Shown here one piece after another: positions 54,739 through 64,000 of a stretch of 64,000 nt of DNA. The stretch lies in NCBI RefSeq assembly GCF_009834535.1, contig NC_045697.1:58220001-58284000 (forward strand), written 5' to 3'. The notes below the pieces were generated by a model. That model worked only from the letters and a program-made list of their open reading frames with translations, made no database searches and was not told the origin of the DNA. Source of the DNA: Camelus ferus. Lineage: Eukaryota. How positions within the stretch are numbered: position 1 is the stretch's first letter; each line of letters opens with the position of its first letter. Both the position numbers and the translations under genes were made by a program.

Positions 54739-55929
54739 GAGTAAATTACAACTTTTTTAGCACAGAGGTCTTGTCATTTCATATCCTCAGAAGCTGGTTC
54801 ATAAGCAAGCATGTGATAGGCACATGGAAGACATTAATTTTGCTTCTGTTGAGAAACAACAGTTGGGAAACCCAAAGTCGAAGCCAGCAGCCTAATACAT
54901 TTTCAAGTCTTCAAAGGAGCAACACCAGACAGTCCTTTGGCTTCAGAGTGACATGTAATATTTTAGCCTTGTGATCTTCAAGGATTCTTTTTGACCTACT
55001 GAGTTTCCAAATTAAAGTAAATCAAGCCAATAGCCCTGTCTTCTCTCTCCTAGGTCAAAACCAGGCTCTGGGATCTCCTACATTAGTATTTACTATAACA
55101 TACTTGAACAAAATTTCCTTAAGTTGCCAATTCTGTATCTGATTTCTATTAGACCTCACCTGGCTTCTCCAGGCTTTCATGGGACCTCCTGATGAAGGGG
55201 AAGTACAGTCTACCCATGCCACACATAGAAAAGGGAAGAAGAAAGAAAGCAAAATCCAAAAAGGGTAATGTTACAAAACAAAGTCTTTCAGACATACAAA
55301 GAAATACCAAAAAGATATTTCTTTTGGAAGAGAGTGCTTTTAACTTCTTAGCTTCCCCTCTGTCTCTGGCCTCTTAAATCTCAGGCCCACTGTGTATATT
55401 AAGTACTCAATCTTGCCCATTTAGCCTTTCATTCTTGAGATGAGAGAAAGAGAAACACTTTGCTTTCTCATGTCCTAGATTTTAAAATGATCCACTATTA
55501 CTAGATAATTAACAAGTTTGCAAATTTAGTTCACAGGCCATCTTAAAATATCAAGAATTTTTTTAAATGCTAAGTTCTACCTTTTCCAAGGCAAAAATAT
55601 TTGTCTATATGTAAAAATATATAGACTCTAAGTGTACCATCAGATTTTTTTCTATCTATGGTCATCAGGTGAAAAATCATTCTACAAAATATTTTAAGAT
55701 ATACTATAATTGATTAAATTGAAATGTTTATATTACATTGTTATTTTCACAATATTTTATTAAAGTTATCTTAACTTTTAATATCTCAATAAACCAGCAG
55801 CTCTAAAACTAACTTTTCTAACCACTGCATATATATATATATAAATTTTTTTAGTCAAAAACCATTGCTTAATGCCTTGACGGTGTAAAGTTACCTAATC
55901 TATACATTCATCCTAACTTATAATAAGAC

Positions 55930-56835
55930 AAATGCAAAAAAAAGAAAAAAAAAACACTTTGATGTCATTTCTCAACTATTAGACTAGAATCCAAAAGTTC
56001 GGCAATCTACTCTGTTGGCAAAGTTGTAAGGAAACAAGCAACCTAAAATACTGCTGGTGGAAATGCAATGTGGAACAATCTGAATGGCAGAGAGTTTGGC
56101 AACATCTGGCAAAATTTCATATGCTTTGCCCTTTGACCCTATAATCCCGTGTCTAGGTATCTATAAAAAAAACACACTGGCATAAATACAAACCAAGTAT
56201 CCATGGAGCTGTTTATTACAGCATTATCAAAACAGTAGAGACTGCAAACCAAACAAAAGTCTATCTACTGCAAATTCACTCAGTAAAACACTGGCAGTAT
56301 TACTCAGAGTATGGTTTATGCTCTGAAATCAGCAAAATTCAGGCTGCAGGTAATTCTACAGGACAAAACTCGTGGTCCTTTTAATAGAAAAATTCTAAAG
56401 AAAAAATTTTAAATGGAGATTAAACCTATTCATCAAAAAGACTCAAGGAATATCAACCATTCATCTATATGCATGGACCTTATTCTGATCTTGATTTAAA
56501 CAGACAAATTGTGTGTTCTCAAACACTGAGGAAATGTGAATACTAACTGGATATTTGATGATATTAAAATGACTTAGATGTGATACTTGATTTGTCATTA
56601 TTACTTTAAAAGAGACTTTGTATTTTAAAGATCATATTGAAATGCTTACAGATGAGCCAATATAATGTCTGGTATTTGCTTCAAAATAAGCATGTGGGAG
56701 ACTAAGGATGGGGCTATAAATAAAACAAAATTGGATCTGTCTTGATACTCCTTGAAACTGGATGATGGGTATTTCATATTCTTTTTACTATTATCTTAAA
56801 TATTACATATGTTTCAAATTTTCTATAATAATAAA
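55930..56835 (+). mobile_element. Old L1 (MC/MD-like) 3' region
   Basis: ctgttggcaaagttgtaaggaaacaagca...ctgctggtggaaatgcaa...gtctggtatttgcttcaaaata...aaattttctataataataaa. Confidence 0.75.
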
Positions 56836-57689
56836 TTATTTTATCTTATCCCTAAATATATATGCAACTCCAAAATGTTTCTCATAATCCCCTTTTATTG
56901 TTCTATTTAAAAAAGTACAATATATTTCAAAAAGTTGGGAATTTTTTGGTTTATTAGTTTTTTTCCCCCTAGTTTGGTATCAAAAATCCCATACCCATGA
57001 AATAATTCACAAATACCCTATGAGGAATAAATGAACAGTGCTGAGTATTCAGTCTTCACCAAATATCTATGATGAGAGAAATTGTGTGATAGAATATGAG
57101 ACATAAAGAACCCTTTGGAAATTGAGAATCTTCAGCAACCTAGGAAATACCATACAAAGGATGAAGATTTTGTTTTATAGTCTCTCCTGTAAAGCACAGG
57201 AGAATATTAGAATAACTAAAGTAGATTAAATAGCAGTAAAGCAAGGCTGGTGGCATGCCATTGACTTTTATTCCTAATGAGCTCTAATAGAGCATGCAAC
57301 CTAAATTTACAGAATTTAGTTGCATCTTTGCATTGTTACTGGAGAACAAGTTGGTATAGATTGCTTGAGACTAGCATTGTTTCACAGTTATTTTGTTATA
57401 GGAAATCATGAAGTCCACTAGACCATTAAAGAGGTGTAGTAAATGACTCTTGTAAATAGCTGATAAACATTACAAGCAGGCATATCTATCTGTATAGCAG
57501 CTCAGCTAGCAATGGGCCAAAGAAAGGGGGCTGGTTACCCTGATAGAGACAAATATACTCCATGTACCTTCGATACTCCACTATAATTTTTAACAAAGAA
57601 GTCTGAATAAGATTTTTGAGGTTATAATGATAGTACGTAGTCACTAGGTCTGTGTCACTTTAAACAAAAATTTAAGTTAACTAAACTTT

Positions 57690-57822
57690 AATAACATTAA
57701 AAATTATATTCTTTACTTGCACTAGCCACATTACATGTACTCAGTAGACTCACCTATCTAGTGGCTACTCTATTCGACAGCACAGAAATTCTTTCATTGT
57801 GAAGAAGGCTCTATTAGACATG
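57690..57822. mobile_element. MER3/MER33-like hAT-Charlie fragment
   Basis: gcactagccacattacatgtactcagtag...ctagtggctactctattcgacagcacag. Confidence 0.7.
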
Positions 57823-57943
57823 CTCCCATGAAGACTCCTCATTAGCAAAGCTCTATAGTACTTGTAAGTTATTTGCATTCTTGAAACTAGCCTAATAGCT
57901 GAAATTATTCTTGACTCTAGTTAATCATTAAAAACCTGATGTA

Positions 57944-58080
57944 GGGGGTGAGTATAGCTCAGCAGTAGAACACATGCTTAGCATGCACAAGGTCCTGGGT
58001 TCAATCCCCAGTACCTGCATTAAATAAATAAATAAACCTTATACCCTAACCCAACAAAAAAACATCGAAAACAAACAAGC
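57944..58080 (+). mobile_element. tRNA-derived SINE resembling camelid Vic-1
   Basis: GGGGGTGAGTATAGCTCAGCAGTAGAACACATGCTTAGCATGCACAAGGTCCTGGGTTCAATCCCCAG has A- and B-boxes, then (TAAA)n and an A-rich tail. TSD aaaacctgatgt (57931-57942) / aaaactgatgt (58081-58091) at a TT|AAAA site. Confidence 0.88.
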
Positions 58081-58489
58081 AAAACTGATGTGCCAACTGT
58101 AACTCAGTAACAGCTGTCTGGATGAGGAGTGTACTTATTCTTCTATCTTTTTAACATGTATAGTATTTAGTTTTAACCATTTATACCACTTTATATATTC
58201 TGCTTTCATGTATGTGTGAGTGTGTTTAACAGAAATGTGTATTTATTACAAGCAAAAGACAATGACGTCCTTGAATCTCCTTTGCTCCTCTAAAATCGTC
58301 CCCATTTCAGCTCATGAATGTGCTCATTCAAAAAACAAAAATCAATGGAATCCTTTTCAATGGCTCTCTTTCTCTTACAGACTCCCCTTCAGCAAATATT
58401 GTTAACCCTATCTCCAAAATACATCCTGGACTGCAGCATCTCATCAAAAAATCACACTGATCCAAGCCCAGATAGTCTGTTTAATTTAC

Positions 58490-59158
58490 CTTTTAAAATG
58501 TATTATTTATATATGGTAAAGTGTACAGATCTTAAATTTACAGCATGACTGATTTCTACATATGCAGACATTGTATGTATACATCTTTGTGAATACAAAT
58601 TATGTAAAATATAAGTCTATATAGATACCATTTAAATCAAGATATAGAACATTTCTAGCACCTCTGCAGACTCCCTCAGATTCCCACCCAGTGAATATAC
58701 CTCCAAATGTATTGCCTATTCTATAATTACAGATAATGTTTTGCTTATTCTTGTACTTAATATAACTGATATTATACAACATGGATACTGGTAGCTAGCT
58801 CCTTTCACTCATGTCTATGAGATTCATACATGTTGTTATATATAATTTTATTTTTTTCCAAAATTAAAAAAAAATACAATCATATTCCAAAATTCCACTT
58901 TGGAAATAACACCACAATGTATTTATTGTTTCTATTGATGGGCTGTTGGGCTATTTCCAGTTTGGAAGCTTTATGAATAAAGCTGCTAATTACACTCCTG
59001 CTGAACTCTTTTGATGTTCAATACATTTATTTCTCTTGGGTAGGTAATTAGGAGTGCAATGGCTGGGTTATAAAACATGCATATATTTGGCTTTAGTAAA
59101 TATTGCCAAGAGTTTTCCCAGGTGGTCATGCCAGTTTATACTCAACATCAGTGTATGT
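58490..59158 (-). mobile_element. L1MB-like 3' fragment, flanked by L2 pieces
   Basis: aagtgtacagatcttaaatttacagc...atagaacatttctagcacc...gggctatttccagtttgg...ggagtgcaatggctgggt. Confidence 0.8.
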
Positions 59159-59284
59159 ACATGTATCTATGAAACTGCCACAATATCCTTCCTGAACTAC
59201 CTATAATCATCTCCTAACTGGTCTCCTTTCCCCAACAATTGGCTTTCTCCCATCCGTTTGCTACACAACACTCTGAAAAATAAC

Positions 59285-59580
59285 AGCTTATCTGAGGAAT
59301 TAACATTTGAGCAGAGGCATGAATGAAGAGAAAAGCTAATCACATAGACAGGAGGTAGAAGGAAAAGCAAATATGAGAAACCTGATGATATCTTATGACT
59401 GATTTATTTTAGGGAGGCAAGGAGGCCTTTGTGGTTGGTGGGAAGTAAGGAAGAAAATTTATGGGACATTCAATCAGAGCGTTAGCCAGGCTCCAGACTA
59501 TTCAGGCCATGTTGAGAAACTGGAGTTTTTCTGAATGTTACCAGAAGCCACTGGAGAATTTTGAGCATGAGAGTTAATTT
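59285..59580 (-). mobile_element. L2 fragment
   Basis: tgaggaattaacatttgagcagaggcatgaatgaagag...gaagccactggagaattttgagca. Confidence 0.7.
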
Positions 59581-60114
59581 AAATGAGTTGCATTCCTTTT
59601 AACTCCGATGATTATGCTTTTTAAAAATCACTTTACATCTGCTATGGTTTCCTTACCCATGCAAGTTAAATAAACTAATGTCAACTAATATTATTAATCA
59701 GTAGTCCTTTAAAAATTAGAGTTCAAAGATACAAAAAAGATGGTAGTTATAGAAAATTAACAACAAGTAGATTACTGAAAAGGATTAACTTTTGTATTTT
59801 TCCCCACATATCAACCTAGGAAATTACTATGGCGATAGCTGCTCAATTTCAGTACAGATTATTAAGGTTAGATTTCCTAAGGCAACTGGCCTACAGTGGA
59901 TTTTAAAAATCATTATCACCATGTGGATTACAAATAATTATTTACTGATATTTTCAACTTGCAACTGTCACATCCAGTCTACCTTTACCTAAACAGTCAG
60001 AATATACTACCCTTTAAATTCCCATCTGTGCTCTTTATCAGCAGTTCTTACACCTCTCTGATTTCCAGAGTCAGCTGGGGAACTTTTAAAAATAATTTAT
60101 TGAGATTAAAAGTT

Positions 60115-60362
60115 TGTCCTAAAGTGAAAAGAGAAATATGCAAAAATAGCCAGAAAAATACTAACAAGAAAACCTAGAAGAGGTGACTAGCCCTCTCAGA
60201 AATTAAAACATACTTTAAGACCTCTATAATTAAAACAGTGCAGTACTGGAGTACGAATAGAAAACATACTAGTATAATTGAATAGAAAGCCCAGAAATAG
60301 ACTCAAGTGCATATGAAAATCTTGTATGTGATAAAGGTGACATCTCAAATTACTGGGGGAAA
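60115..60362 (+). mobile_element. L1 ORF2 fragment
   Basis: gactagccctctcagaaattaaaacatac...aattaaaacagtgcagtactgg...aatagaaagcccagaaataga. Confidence 0.8.
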
Positions 60363-60499
60363 AACCAATAATAATGATAATAATAATAATTTCCAATTCC
60401 TCTTCCATATCTGAAAAAGCTGACTCTCTGAGGGTAGGAACCTACAATTTTTAAAGCTTTTCAACAAACAGCCTGACACAGACACCCTAACACAAATCC

Positions 60500-60905
60500 T
60501 GTGTTAGTTTCCTGTTGCTATTACAACAAGTTACTAATAATTTGGTGACTTAGAGCAATAAAAATGTATCATCTTACAGTTCTGGTGGTCAGAAGTCTGA
60601 AACAGGTCTTATGAAGCAAATCAAGGTTGCTTTCTTTCTGGGCTCTGGAAGAGAACACATTCTTTGTCTTTTCCAGCTTCTAGAGGTGCCGAGATTCCTG
60701 AGCTCTCGGGCAAATCAGACTGACCTCTGATTCCGCCCTCACTTCTTTGATGCTGACCTCCATCTTAATAAAGATACTTGTGACTAGATTGGAGCCACCT
60801 GAATAATCTCTCCATCCTAAAATCCTTAACCTAATCATACCTGCAAGTCTTTGGCCCACTTAAAGTAAAACATCCACAGGTTTCAAGGATTAGGATATGC
60901 TCATC
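60500..60905 (-). mobile_element. MLT1C-like solo LTR
   Basis: TGTGTTAGTTTCCTGTTGCTATTACAACAAGTTAC...tttccagcttctagagg...cacaggtttcaaggattaggatatg. Confidence 0.8.
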
Positions 60906-63900
60906 TGGCCAAAGTGAAATCTGCTGTGATATGTTGTTTTGGTTGAAGTATATGCAAAAGACCTGGCCTCACACAAATACGTCATTAGAGGAGGGAGACC
61001 CCCGAGACAACCTTGGACCACATTTTAAAATTCACTGGTGTGGAGGAAATTCGAAAGAATTAAGATTAGGAATTAAAGGACTGCCTTCATTTGGAAGGGA
61101 AAAGAACAAAAATACTAGGAGAAGAGCATGATAGCAGAAAATTAAAAAGCCAGAAAAAAAAAAAGAGAGAGAAAGTAAAAATGTAAGAGTAGAGATAAGG
61201 AGAAAGAAGGGAAAGGAAACAGCAGGCAGAGAGAGAACAAATTGGGAAATGAAAAAGGACAAATAGAAGTGGGGGACACAGAAGACAATAACAACTGAGT
61301 GAAACACAGTAAAGATATTGAAAAAGAAGCACAATATAGTAGGCTATAGTGAAGTAATGGAGAGTTATGAGATGTCAACAGTATTAAACACAAGTGTTTT
61401 TACGAAAAGCCAATTGATTTGGGACAAATATACAAAAATTATTACTATAATCAATATTATTCATGACTCTGGAACATAAATTCCTAAAATAACAAAAAAT
61501 TAAAGTTGCATTCCTCAGAGCTAAGATACAAGCATCACAGATTTTTAAGCTATATTTAATTATAGTCTAATTCATTTAAAACCTTTAGTTTCAATTAAAG
61601 AGTCATACATTGCAACTGCCCAGTGAGTTAACTGAAAATAATTTGGCACAATTTCAATATCCAATAATATGGATTTAATTGGGAAGTAAAATTAAATGTC
61701 CCATGAGAGGAATTAATTGGAACAAACTAAGTGTTTTTCACACCTAAGCATAAAATTAAAACACAGCAAACCACAGAAGTGAAATAATTGGTTTATAATG
61801 GATTATAATTTTTAATCACCAAGATTCCTCAAACCTACTTATTTTCCTTTTACAGTAAATTTTATTTTTAGATTAATTTTAAGTATTCCTTATTATAAGT
61901 GCAATACCTACTACTATAGAATAATTAAGGTATAATTAAGTTTAAAAAGTGTAAGGAAAAATCCAGATACTTTCATGTATCCAGATACCACCAAAGATAA
62001 AATCTTGACGTTTATATTTCCAAAGCCTAGTCTATGCTTAGGTAAGTTTTATTTACTTAAGGCACACTGTATTTTACATAAGCATCCCATTAATCGTGGA
62101 ACTTTTAAAGGGTTCCAACTAAGATATTCTTGTTAAAGTTGCTCCACTCAGTATATTAGAGTAGATATTCTTGCTTTTCCAACTAATGTCCTACTGTTTG
62201 GTATTAAAATTGGCACAAGTTTTTTATGTTATGAGTAGTGATATGTATGTATAATTGACTTAAAATTGATTAGAAAAAGTACAAAATTGACAGAAATCTA
62301 AAAATAAACTAAGCAGAGATCCATAATAATTTACAAAAACCATAACGATGCATCAAAATTGCAAATGCTCAAAACACCAGCAACTGAGACTCTGTTCTCA
62401 ACAATAATTATTATGTTGATCAGTTTGTTTTCTCTTAAACTGCCTTAGGCAATTAGCAAGGGAAGAAGTTGGGAGATTGGGAGGGCTGCAAAAGTTAACT
62501 TCACAATACTGTTCTCTCCCAGGAACTGGAATAAATGATTTCTCCAGGAAACAGATTTATAAGGAAATAAGTTGCACTCTATCACTCCCCAGATTTTATT
62601 CTCTTAACCTATGGGTCTTAACAATTAACCCTTAATAATTAAAAGCAGGGATGTGGCTGTGCTCCTGGGTGGAGAAGACCATTATTCTCTCAGGCCAGTC
62701 CTACTCCCACTTCCTAATATAATTGCCCTTTAACAAATACATTATTTTTGGTGTATCATCTTGGGACCACTGGATGTGGGTTTAGCTTTTGCCTCAAGAA
62801 AATATTAAGTTAAGTCAAAATATTCCACAAAATTAATTTCAAGGCCACACCACAGGCAAATAAAATAAAATAAAACAAAATCGCTTCCTAAAAGAATTCC
62901 TACCCTAAATACTGTATCTTGTTCCAAGGACACATATAGATTACCAGTAATTTGGTAATCAGCTTCATGATGGCAGAAATATACCTCAAAGAACACAAAT
63001 ATTTAAATGTCTGACATTTAAATACTATTCATTCCTCTCCCATTTATCAAAGTCCAGAAAGAAATTAAAGTCCAAAATTTAATTCTACTTCAAAATTACT
63101 AAAATCTCAAGAAATAAAGTCCGCAATTACCATATTACCATCCTTGATTTCTTACACTGCTCACTCTCAGCCAGAGTGGTCTCATGGAATCCCAGGTAAT
63201 TATTCTCTTGACTTGGTTTTCCCAGGAATTTTTTTAAAAAGCTCTTTTAGGCTTCAAAGTTGAATTAATTAAACCCTAAATCTACTTATATTTTAAATTA
63301 TTGATAAAGACCTTAAAAAGACAATGCCCAGCACATACTAAGAGTGAGCAATAAAATTACTATTATTATTGTATGTATGTATGGTTGTATTTAAAGCACC
63401 CTTAATAAATTCAAGGACATGTCTTATTATTGCAAAACTGGCCATATACCCACAAAATTAAGAGAACACAAGAAATTCCCAAGTGTCCATAAGCAATCTT
63501 ACATTCTCAGTGTTATCAGTCTCCATACTAATGTTGTCGAAGGCTCCTATTACCTGAAGGAAGGTTCAGACTACCAAGATGCTGTGAGAATAAAGGAAAA
63601 ATCCTCTTGGTTTCACCTCAGCAGGGTGCCAGCTAGGCTGTGCAGACTGATGTAGTGCACAACCTGTTAAGTTTAACATCAATGAATAAAACAAGTGATT
63701 CATTATGTCACCATCTTTACTCTATCTCAGGAAGTGGGGAAGGAAGGTGGAGCAGGACCAACCTATTCTTTCTGCCTTATTTCCTGGTGAATAATAACCC
63801 GTTTTCATGTAAAATGCAGACGTCTTCAGTGGCGACCCCCACAGTCCCTGGGACTTACCTGGTAAGCTTCCTACTTCTGGCATTTTAACCCACTTACTTA

Positions 63901-64000
63901 CCTTTTGCCTCTTGCTCTTAAAATTGCCTTAGCCCTATGAAATCTGCCTACTAAAAGCAAAGCCTCACACCACATTTTTTCCCCCAGCTGGAGAATTATC

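Noticed and set aside
57944..58015. tRNA gene
   Set aside because: No proper acceptor stem; followed by an A-rich tail and flanked by a TSD, so it is a SINE.
61032..61393. Three overlapping hydrophobic minus-strand ORFs resembling membrane proteins
   Set aside because: Artefact of a purine-rich low-complexity tract, which reads Phe/Leu/Ser on the minus strand.
63853..63862. U1 snRNA pseudogene (ACTTACCTGG)
   Set aside because: The match stops after about 10 nt; it is simply the complement of a consensus splice donor.

Overview
AT-rich, CpG-depleted placental mammal DNA, intergenic or deep intronic. It is probably camelid, inferred from a tRNA-derived SINE resembling camelid Vic-1 and cetartiodactyl-type L1 3' ends. 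Much of the window is old interspersed repeat (L1, L2, MIR, MaLR/MLT1, MLT2, Tigger, hAT-Charlie) plus microsatellites. Nearly all ORFs in the supplied track look like chance ORFs. The one clearly gene-derived feature is an intronless CD24 retrocopy (48380-49658, +). It carries 5'UTR, CDS and about 0.94 kb of 3'UTR, sits inside an MLT1B-like LTR with a target-site duplication, and keeps an uninterrupted 75-codon frame from CD24's second Met. Weaker, speculative signals are a CCAAT/TATA/Inr/splice-donor cassette at ~17.3 kb, a possible minus-strand spliced transcript (63.9, 55.2, 46.3, 46.1 kb), several CpG-retaining enhancer-like patches and two perfect palindromes. I see no rRNA, true tRNA, CRISPR or prokaryote-type system, and I cannot support a claim of a new biological system. 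Repeat subfamily names and boundaries come from recalled consensus sequences and are approximate unless a TSD is given.
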